Shown here piece after piece: positions 40,201-50,261 of a stretch of DNA of 64,000 nt. The notes under the pieces were generated by a model, which was given only the letters and a program-made list of their open reading frames with translations, was not told the DNA's origin and searched no databases. Location of the stretch: positions 62,001 through 126,000 of the forward strand of contig NW_003314286.1 in assembly GCF_000143415.4 (NCBI RefSeq), written 5' to 3'. The translations under genes and the position numbers were made by a program. This DNA comes from Selaginella moellendorffii. Lineage: Eukaryota > Plantae > Lycopodiophyta. How positions within the stretch are numbered: the first letter of the stretch is position 1; each line of letters opens with the position of its first letter.

Positions 40201-42173
40201 TACTGAAGCCACAAACAATGCTGCGAGGAAGTTACACTCGAAAATGGCTGAGAATATCTTACGCTCGCCCGTCACCTTTTTTGATCACGTGAGTTTTCAT
40301 CTTTTGAAGCTTCACACTGTATATTCATGAGCATGAGTTCAACTAACGAACGAGCAGAACCCCACAGGGAGGATTATCAACAGGTTTACAAAGGATCAGT
40401 CAGCAGTGGATGAAATACTACCTTTTACTTTGCAAGTAAGTCGTGATCTGATGCCAGATTTTCTTTCTAACTAATTTTGTGTTCTTGGCAGCAAGTTATC
40501 GCATTCGTTGGTTCTTGCTTGGGGGCTCTTGCTTTGATTGCCATTCTCTTGCCGTGGTTTATGCTCGTCACTCCAATTTACCTTATGGTTTTTATATACA
40601 TGAGGCAAAGATATGTGGCTATTTGCTGCGATGTGAAAAGACTTGATGGAGTAACTAGATCTGCCGTTTATGCACATTTGGTTGAGTCTATTGAAGTAAG
40701 TCTAATTCAAGAACATGTAGTTTTCATGTTTTAAAAACATTCTGCAGGGAGTTGTTTCTATCAGAGCTTATGGAGCCGAGAAACGATTCATGGATCGTTT
40801 TGTTGATCTGGTAGACAAAAACAACCAAGCAGGCATGATGTACGCGCATGCGTCGAGATGGTTCGCTACGAGGATGGAGATGACGGTAATTTTCAACTTG
40901 GCAGTGGTGGCTGCATTTGTGATTGCACTACGAAACTCTATATCTCCAGGAATTGCAGGTAAGAGAAATTCAACTCTTGATATATCTGAAGTTATATCCG
41001 AGATTTACCTTAAGCAGGAATAATACTGGTTCAGAGCCTGAAATTGTCGGGACTTTTCCAGTTTACAGTCAGAAGCAGTGCAGAAGCCGAGAACCAGTTT
41101 ACGAGCGTGGAGCGTATACAAGAGTACACACATTTGGCTGTGGAGCCGGATTGCAAAGACTCGAGCAAATTATCTGTCCCCGACGAGTGGCCCCACCAAG
41201 GAACCATTGAGTTTAGGAATTACACCATGGCGTACAGAGAGGATCTTTCACCGGCCCTCAACAACATCTCCTTCACGGTATAAGATCATGAGATATCTTA
41301 TGTTATTAACGTAACCATTCAGGTGGAAGGAGGAGAGAAGCTTGGGATTCTGGGAAGAACTGGCAGTGGCAAATCGAGCCTTGTCGCTGCCATCTTCCGG
41401 ATGGTCCAGAACGACGCGTGCAGTGGCTCCATAATAATCGATGATCTTGATATCCAAAAAGTTAAGCTGGACGACTTGAGGCGGAGACTATCGATCATCC
41501 CGCAAGATCCTGTCTTGTTCCGCGGCAGCCTTAGGTTCAACTTGGATCCTTTCTCCGAGCACAGCGACAAGGACATGTACGAGGCCCTGGCCAGGGTTCA
41601 CGTCGCGGAAAAGGTGAAGAGCATTGGAAATGGATTGGATAGCGAGGTTACAGAGAATGGAAACAACTTCAGCCTTGGAGAAAGGCAGCTCATATGCTTG
41701 GCCAGAACTCTACTACGAAAGTAAGTATATAGAAACCATTTTGCTCTTTTCTTGATAGTTTTCCTTGTGATCAAAGGTCTCGCATTGTCATACTCGACGA
41801 GGCCACCGCAGCTATTGACAACAAGACGGACAGACTTATCCAGTCTACAATGCGCGAAGTTTTTGAGAGCTGCACTTGTTTAACAGTGGCTCACAGGATC
41901 AACACCATAATTGACTGCGGCATGGTGCTTGTTTTGGACACAGGGGGTCATATTGTGGAGTATGATTCACCCTATAATCTTCTCAAGGCAGAAGGTACAT
42001 TTTCATTGTGTTTTTATTTCTGGTTTTTCACTTTCCCTTGATCAGAAGTTTCAACAGATTCTAAGCCAGGTGTCTTTGCAAATATGGTAGCACAGTGTGG
42101 AGAAACTATAGCAGCAGAGCTAACAAGAATGGCTGAAGATGCAATGGTTGCAAGACAACAAAAGCAAGTATAA
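37260..42173 (+). CDS. ABCC: ABC transporter subfamily C (MRP-like), apparently without TMD0
   Basis: L0 motif [22 protein letters not shown]|MDDLYDL. NBD1 GSTGSGKSS / [17 protein letters not shown]2 GRTGSGKSS / [13 protein letters not shown] / LDEATAAID. Many short introns. Start approximate. Confidence 0.9.
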
Positions 42174-42569
42174 AAACTTTAATTAATAATTAAGGCAACA
42201 TCTCTGTGCCTTTCCAAATAATAAAAATCATTTATGCCCATGTAGACACTCATCAAATCCCCCAGACATCTTGCGCATGTCCTTGCCACCTATCCTCCTT
42301 GTCCTTTTAGAACCAACGGTCTGTTCCTCCGCTAATCCCTTCACAAAATACTTGACTTCGGGCAGCACAATCTTATAAGATCTTTCAGCAATGTGACTAT
42401 CTCTTTGGTCACAACTCTAATTGTTCTTCTTACAAGTTATCAAGGAGCAGTACTAAAACAAAACAAAAGTGATAAAACAAAACAAAAGTGAACCACAACA
42501 TCAAGTTCGGCCATTTGAAGCAACTCTGAATTTGAGAGATCAGTGTTGGTGGACAAATAAGACAGCAAC

Positions 42570-42835
42570 AATGATACATGTCACACACTTGTGTGATATA
42601 CAACAAGATCATTGTTTTGATGCGATTTTCTATGTCTAATGGCTGATCACCATGAAATTTACAATGCGCCACAAACCAACTGGAACACCAGAAGATCCAT
42701 GATATTTAAAAGATTTGGTGAAAAGATTTTCAGTCTGATTTACTTGTTGGAGACTCCTTGTCACCAAGAACCAAAAAGAAAAAAAACGAATCTCATAAGC
42801 TGTCATTGTAAGGACAAACTTACCTCGATTTCCAG
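42570..42835 (-). pseudogene. Captured DRP3 exon-2 / intron-1 / exon-1-end fragment, copy 2
   Basis: GDQPLDIENRIKTMILLYI. aatctcataagc..aaacttacctcgatttcc matches the DRP3 intron 1 and donor at 12680-12723. Confidence 0.85.
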
Positions 42836-43599
42836 TCCTAGAATGGTGATAAAGATACTATAAAAAATGAGTGAAAGAAAAGACATATATGGCTCCCCAC
42901 TAAGGGTATGGCCATAAAACATTCTTTCATGTGCACACCACATAAACTTAGAATATTTTTTCTTGATACCATATAATGCAGTTTATATTTAACTTTTAAT
43001 CATTAGTCAAATGGCATATTTATGAACAAAATAGCCATTAATCAACAAAGTAAAGATGTTATCTTTATCAATAAGACCAGACAACTTTAATGTTTTTTTC
43101 ATGAGTGTTCTAGGATTATTTTTGAAATATTCTTAGTTTTCATTTTATTATTTATAATGCACTTTATCTCTCTCCCCTTAAGCCAGTTAGGAAAAGGATA
43201 ATTCATGGTGATGGTATATTGAAATTTCATCCTATATCCCTCCATCATATACTAATTATAGACAGGAGTTTTAAAAGTTAAACAAATGTCATCTGAAAGG
43301 AGTCTAATGCAATATAACCATAGATAAAAGATGTGCAAATAACAACATTAACATTGCAATAAAAAGTCACAAAAGAAGTAAAGCAATATATAGATTTCTC
43401 ACTTAACAATACAATCATTTAATGATACAATCATGGAAATGAGTCAAATCATTTAACAATACAATTAAAGAACTCAATTTTCTCCTTCCTCAGAAATGTC
43501 ATCCAAATTATAACTAAAACTTAAAAACACTCTTTTTCACATCATCTTTAATTTCCCATAAAATAGTCACTTATTTTAATAGAAGTTTCCTCCCTAAAA

Positions 43600-45700
43600 T
43601 TGAGGTTACATAGCTTCTCCAGATTGACCGCAACTTCAAAAGCTTGTTCAGATCCAAGGTATTAAAAACATTATTGAAAACATCAAAAGATGACAAATCC
43701 CTTACCTGGTAAAGCATTTTACTTGGTCTTAACTTGCAGGAATAGGTGTTGCTGCTAAGCAGTATCGGTCCCTAAGACTTGTCCTTGACTCTCCCGTGTC
43801 ACGTATCCTAGAAAAACAAAGCATCTGACCCAAATCTGGATTCACCTATCCATAGGACATCCCTTTATTGTACTTATATCATGACGCATTTACAGCATAC
43901 ACATATGAGCCTTTACTATGCTTGTATCAAACCTTTACTATACTTGTATCTCATTGGTTTCACAAGCTTCACCCTTCTAGTATAGATTTCTGGAATCTCA
44001 ACTCATGTATTGAGAGCAAGCCAAGACAAGAGAGAGAATAGACAATCTAAGAGATGAACCCTGAACCCTAATACAACTAGTGCTATACTATTCCATGCCC
44101 GAACAAGATCAAATTTGCAAGTTGCATCCTATCCATTACTTTGCAATCATCTCCACTGCAATCCTTGCCCAATTCTCGATAAACCTGCTGGCTTGCCAAC
44201 TGTCAAATAGTACCCTAAGGAATGGAGAACAAGAGGTTCCTCAATAAGTAGAACATTCCCTGTGTCTGATCTGTCCTTCAAAGAATCCAAATCTTGCATT
44301 TCAAGCGTCCAACGGGGATCCAACCTCGCAAGTCCGTGTTGAATTTCTTGACGGCAACATACACAGCATTCAATCCATAGAATTGATGAAAGAGTATAAA
44401 ACTCTGTTCTGTCAAGCAGTGGCGAACTCTCGTAAAGTGTTAACTGCCATTAGTAGAAACCTCGTTGGCGTATTCAACAAAGTAAGCAGTTGCTTTGCTG
44501 AGCGGTACCTTTCCAGAATAAACGATTCTAATGCTGAAACAAAAAACCTATACCATAGCTGGAATCTTTAAGGATCCGACTAGCATAATCCTTCAGGTCG
44601 GTCCTCATCCCCCAAAGTGACAGAACACTGCAACTGAAAGTTTCTGTTTGAGTGTAGCAGAAACATTGCGTGCAACAACAACCATACCTCTGGTGCGAAA
44701 CCCTAACAATGCTGGCACAAACACATCCAAAAGAGATCTTGTTTTTGCTGTAGGTAAATCAAACCTATTAACCAAGGTGTCCTGCACCCCCTGGCATTCG
44801 TCGAGTATAATCGGCCCCCCTCTTATGCGTCTTGATCAAACGATCAAATACCTCTTCGATCCCGCAGTCACTGGATACTAACTCGAGTAGTTTAACACTT
44901 AGAACGAAAGGGTCATTCTTGAACGCAAACCAAACCTGCTTAAACAACCAGTACTTGCCCTGGCATGCTTTCTACTACCTCCTTCAACTTGTCTAGGATG
45001 AAGAATTTGCTGAGGCGAACATCTTTGAAGCAGCACCGTGTCACGCGCATCGAAATTAACTGGTTTCCTGGATACAGAACCATTAGCCGGCTAACCAGCG
45101 CATCTAAGTCTGCAGAGCCCTCCAATCCAATCCGTCCCATAGGAACACCAACAAAATACAGAGCCGAAGGCAATCTCATATAGTGTTCGAGTCTTTCCAG
45201 AGCCGGAAACACCGAAAAGGACCACCAGGCCAGAGCGTGCTATATCCAATTGATCCAGAATGTATTTGGAGGCCGGAAAAGGCTCCTCGAGGCAACGCCA
45301 GAGAAGGCAAGGTTTGCGAGTGTCAAGGAGCTTGCAAACCGTCCCTTTGCAAACGTCAGGATAGCTGGCCTTACAATCACTTGGCTTAGCAAGTTCTTGA
45401 TCTGCTCTATGTATTTGGTTCTATATTTGGTCCAAGATAGTTTGCACATCTGCTTGATAAAGATCAAACATAAGCTTTGAACAAACACATAGAAAGGCAA
45501 GGAGAATGAGCATACAAGTAACGATTCGTCAGTACACCAAATCCACAAGGAAGTACACACACAACATAAGTAAATCAGTGACAGGAGCAGGAGGTGTTGC
45601 AAAAACAGAATTTGTCAGCGATGGAAGAAAGTTGCTCTTTCTTTTTCCTCCAAAACCATTTCTCCTCATCCTCACATATTTTTGCTTCTTAAAAATCACT
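43600..45700 (-). pseudogene. Degraded Crinkler-like P-loop NTPase(+REase?) gene, copy 2
   Basis: Intact Walker A VVLFGVSGSGKTRTLYEIA (about 45175-45227), then a frameshift to LYFVGVPMGRIGLEGSADLDAL. Multiple stops. Confidence 0.6.
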
Positions 45701-46393
45701 GGCACAGCCATAAATCAATAGTTCAAAACTCTACTAGAATCAGACAGTTTTAATATTTAGAGTTGAAGAAAAACACTGGATTACATAATAAAAGAACAAA
45801 GTTTGCATAACGTGAAAAGGTTGTTCTGAGAAACTTTAGAATCTCTAGGATACTGAAAAAGGAAAATGAAAGACGTTTATTGAAAAAAAAAAAAAATTAT
45901 CTTAAAGAAATAAAATACATTCTCTACTACCATTACTATTTAGAATAAAACAAAAAACAAAAATAGTTTACAAGGAGTATCATCATATCCCATTGCCAGA
46001 CAGTGGCACTGCTGCTCACCATAACCTCTTTTGAGTTGCTTCACAGGTTCGATGGGAAGAAACAAGAAAAACAGATTGCCCTGGTCTATATAGCAAGTAA
46101 ATCTAAATACAGATTAGAGGTAAGAGAGCTAGGAGGAACGAAAATATGGGAACTCTTACCATGGTCTAACTCCTGTAGAGCTCCAAATGATGAATGCATG
46201 AACTGAACCAGAGTTTAAGCTCACTCTTTCTTGCAGGTGAACATTACTCATAGCAATGCACTACTGCCTGGATGATTTCTTTTGTACTCTCAAAGGGACA
46301 AGGGATCATCCCAACTAGAAAACTTTCACGAAAACAAATGCATTATTGTCATTGATCCCATGAATCCTAAGCCGTTGATTTCTGCCCCTATGA

Positions 46394-48553
46394 ATGCCAG
46401 CCGTTGATCATTTGGCGCGTTTGCTAAGATCTTACAACTCCGCGAGGGATCTGTGGAAGGGGAGGCAAATCCACGCATCCATTCTCGAGTCCGCCGATCT
46501 CTGTTCCAATACTTTTCTCGCCAATCTCATTGTCCAGATGTATGGGAAGTGCGGGAGCACAGAGGACGCGAGGAGGGCTTTCGATCGAATCCACGCGCCC
46601 AATGCCTTCTCATGGAGTATACTCCTCTCGGGCTACATCCACTGCGGCGAGATCAACGAGGCAAAGAAAATCTTCGATAGAATGCCCGATCCCGATGTGG
46701 TGTCGTGGAATTCGATGCTCGGCGTCTATGCCAAGCAGGGCCCTGTCGAATGCGTTAAAGGTTTCTTCGATCGAATGCCTTTGAGGAGCTTGATCTCGTG
46801 GAATACGGTGCTCTCTGCGATCGCCGATTCTGGGCATTTTGATAAGTGCCGAGAGTGCTTTGATCGAATGCCGCAATGGAGTGTTCTATCGTTTACTGTA
46901 GTTTTAGAAGCGCTTTATCAAACAGGAAACATAGATGAGGCTAAACGTAATTTTGATTTGATGCCAGAAAGAAACATAGTTTCCTGGAATATGCTGATTG
47001 TTAGAAATGCCGAGACAGGGCACTTTGAAACAGTTGAAAGCATTTATGCGAAAATTCCAGCCACGAACATTGTGACTTGGAACTCAGTCTTGGATGCATA
47101 CAAAAAGCAAGGTGATGTTTTCAAAGTGCATAAGTATTTTGAGGCAATCCCAGAAAAAGACGTCGTCAGCTGGAACACTCTTCTGTCTGCATTTGCCATG
47201 CATGGAAATTATGAAAGTGGAAAAGCGTTGTTCCTTGAAATGCCAATAAGGAGCCTTGTATCTTGGAATATTGCACTTCAGATGTTTTCAAAAGAAAACT
47301 TAAGTACCACCCATGAAGTTTTCATGTCTATGCCGAAATGGGATCCAGTCGCGTGGACGCTTATGATTCAAGCACATACCACGAACGGGGATTTGGACAT
47401 GGCACGGGAATTGTTTGATGAAATGCCCGCAAAGACGATGGCGGCGTGGACGACCATGATCACAGCGCACTCGCAGAGAGGACGTGTGGCAGATGCAAGA
47501 GCCCTCTTTGATGCCATGGACGAGCGCGATAGTGTTGCATGGACAGCCATGATTGCCGGCTATGCGCTTCATGGGGACAATGGAAGAGCCAAAGAGCTCT
47601 TCGATGCCATGGGTGACGGGAAGACCATCGTCTCCTGGAACGCAATGCTGGGATCCTTATCCGGCGATATTGCTAAGATGGAGCGATTCATGCACAAAAT
47701 GCCCAGCTGGGACGTGATCTCATGCAACTCAGTCGCGGCCATCCACGCGCAGAGCAAAGGTTCTTGCGATGCTGCCAAGTTTCTATTCGATTCCATGCTC
47801 GAGCGCAATGTCTTCTCGTGGAACACACTGATCCTCGCGTTTGGATCGAGCGAGCGAGCAGTGGAAGCCAACCGAGCGTTCGAAAGAATCCCCCACCGGG
47901 ATTTGATTACCTGGAGCTCCATCGTCGCCGCCAACGCAGAGAACAGCCAAATGGATCGCGCGGAGGAGCTCTTCGCAAGCATGCCCGAATGGGACGTATA
48001 CTCTTATAACGCAATGCTAAGTCTCTATGCCCAGACCGGGCATATCGATCAAGCAAAGGCATTGTTTGATGGGCTCTGGATCAAAGACTCGATAACTTGG
48101 AGCACGATGGTGGCAGCGTATGCCCAAGACGGAGGATCACACACTAACTTAGCGATGGAGCTCTTTCGTCTCATGGTTTTGGATGGCGTCTCCCCTCACG
48201 GGCTGTGTTTCGTGAGCTTGCTCGCAGCGTCCAGCCACCTCGGGCTCAAACAAGAGACGCGAGAGAGCTTCGCGTCGATGGTCTCGGACTTTGGCGTGGA
48301 TCCAAGCCCGGAGCATTTTCTGTGCGTGATCGACGCCTTGGGACGGTCTGGCGAGCTGGGAAGAAGCCGAGAGCTGATTGAAAGCATGCCGTTTGTGCCG
48401 GATGAAGGTGCGTGGAGCACATTGCTTGGCGCTTGCTCTAGAGGCCATGGATCGAGCGTGGAGGAGCTGGCAGCACACAAAACTCTCGAGCTGGATCCGC
48501 GGAGTAGCCCGACTTATGTTCTTCTCTCCAGCGCTCTATGCTGCCAAGTTTGA
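46394..48553 (+). CDS. PLS-class pentatricopeptide repeat protein with E domain and no DYW (719 aa, intronless)
   Basis: Tandem ~31-aa motifs (FDRMPxxDVVSWNSML). HFLCVIDALGRSGELGRSRELIESMPFVPD..WSTLLGAC and SPTYVLLS. Confidence 0.95.
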   Translation: MPAVDHLARLLRSYNSARDLWKGRQIHASILESADLCSNTFLANLIVQMYGKCGSTEDARRAFDRIHAPNAFSWSILLSGYIHCGEINEAKKIFDRMPDPDVVSWNSMLGVYAKQGPVECVKGFFDRMPLRSLISWNTVLSAIADSGHFDKCRECFDRMPQWSVLSFTVVLEALYQTGNIDEAKRNFDLMPERNIVSWNMLIVRNAETGHFETVESIYAKIPATNIVTWNSVLDAYKKQGDVFKVHKYFEAIPEKDVVSWNTLLSAFAMHGNYESGKALFLEMPIRSLVSWNIALQMFSKENLSTTHEVFMSMPKWDPVAWTLMIQAHTTNGDLDMARELFDEMPAKTMAAWTTMITAHSQRGRVADARALFDAMDERDSVAWTAMIAGYALHGDNGRAKELFDAMGDGKTIVSWNAMLGSLSGDIAKMERFMHKMPSWDVISCNSVAAIHAQSKGSCDAAKFLFDSMLERNVFSWNTLILAFGSSERAVEANRAFERIPHRDLITWSSIVAANAENSQMDRAEELFASMPEWDVYSYNAMLSLYAQTGHIDQAKALFDGLWIKDSITWSTMVAAYAQDGGSHTNLAMELFRLMVLDGVSPHGLCFVSLLAASSHLGLKQETRESFASMVSDFGVDPSPEHFLCVIDALGRSGELGRSRELIESMPFVPDEGAWSTLLGACSRGHGSSVEELAAHKTLELDPRSSPTYVLLSSALCCQV

Positions 48554-48587
48554 GCGAACGATTCGACTGAAAAGTATGGAGTCATCG

Positions 48588-49849
48588 TCACGGTGACATG
48601 GATAAAACTCTCGTCAGGGACTTCAAGGCTGCGAGGTAGTTCTCGTCGATGGTATCGTGATCGTATGTAACGTGGGCGAAGTCTACAAGCTTGACACTGA
48701 CTTTCGATGCTGCTCCATGGTCCTCGTAGATTATCAGCACGGAGCTCGAAAAGAAGTGATAGAACGTCTGCTTCTCAAACCTGTGATGATTCTCAGCTTC
48801 TGAGAGACGTAAAGAAAAAAAGAGATTTTTACCAGCTTGTGAGCTTCTCGAGCTCCATCTTGGCGGCTTCATAAACTTTGGAAGCCAAGAGTGCGTTTGG
48901 ATTCTCGTCATCGAATGGATTTGTCGAAACAAAGCGACGGATGGCGTACTCTACGCCGTGGTTGTCGAGCTTCCGGCACCAGTTGCGATCGGCCTTCCAT
49001 TTGGAGCGAGTTGATGGATCATAGACCTGGCAAAAATGGAGAAATTAAAAGAGAAAAAGGAAGCTTCAACACGATCAACAAAGAAACGATTGAAAACCTG
49101 CATCCCACTGACGCGAATTCCCAAAGTTCCTGTTGTGGACTCGCGGTCTTTTATCCTGCGCACGAATGCTTCCAGCCATCAAAATCGAAATTTTCAGAAA
49201 AGTCGAAGCTCCAATCCTAAAACTCACTCGCATTTCTTTCTATAGGCTTCACCAGCCTCCGGGTACCACGTCTGGAATCCCATCTACAATCACAAATCCA
49301 AAGTCTATCACCAAAAAACTAAAAAGGAAGATAAACACGCACCTTGATATCGATAATGCAAGGCTGGTCGAAGCTCTTGGTCACGTCCTCTAGCACGGCA
49401 TACCGTACAAGCCCTGGTCAAGGAGAAAGAAAGAAAGAAAAGCTACAAAACTAGCAAAGGATATTTGTTGGCGTGGGCGAGTTTGCAGTGTCAACGAGGA
49501 CGGAGCCGCGGAACTTTGGGAAGAACTCCTTGATCTCGTCTGGAACTCGCTCGTCCGACCAAAACTTTTGGTAGAACTCAATCTCGTACTCCCCTCTGGC
49601 ACCGTCTTGCAGCGGCTTGTAGAACCAGCCCGAATCATCGACGAGCGAGCCGACATGCCCCTCTGCGAAAGAAAACCAAAATCAGCAAATCCACAAACAA
49701 GGGAAAGCTCCTCTCAAAGAAGAAACCTTCAAAAGAATGGCCAGCAACTTGGTTGCTCGAAGGCTTCAATCCCTGTTGCACAAGAGGGCGATCACATCAA
49801 TCGCATTGCACTACCGAGAGCTCACCGATGCGATCAATCCAGCAGCCAT
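48588..49849 (-). CDS. IPK2: Inositol polyphosphate multikinase
   Basis: QVAGH, SLVDDSGWFYKPLQDGARG, PCIIDIK|MGFQTW (PxxxDxKxG), HFFSSSVLIIYE, VKLVDFAH. Confidence 0.93.
49405..49464 (-). other. U12-type AT-AC intron in IPK2
   Basis: 5' ATATCCTTT, branch site TCCTTGAC, 3' AC. Removal gives in-frame PTPT-R-YAVLEDV. Confidence 0.9.
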
Positions 49850-50261
49850 GGTCGCGAAGAAACCTAGTGAAGCAAAGCCAACGAAAAGGGTTTAAAGACA
49901 AATATAGTCAACAATGTCAACTATAGTCAATAACGTCAACTCCATACATTAATGCCACACGATGTCGAGGCCGAGAGGTGAGAGATACTGGATGGGACTT
50001 AATCCCCGCGGCGCTGGCCAAGAGCGGATTGTGGTGCCTGATCGATGTTACCATGGTCCATCTTGGTGGAAGTTTCCAGTGGAAGAGGATCTTCCTCCCG
50101 TGCCTCGTTTTCCCGGTTGCAAAGAGCCTGGAAGTCTTTGGAGCTCGGGTATCTGACTGGTAACGCAGTGATACCACCACCTCTTCCTGGGAGTAGCCAA
50201 CGACGAAAAGATCCGGAAGCTGTGGTGAGGCGGATGTTGTGATGACGGATCAAACTCCATT

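Noticed and set aside
42230-42460. Exon-like minus-strand segment next to cassette copy 2
   Set aside because: It could be another captured fragment, but I could not assign it in any frame.
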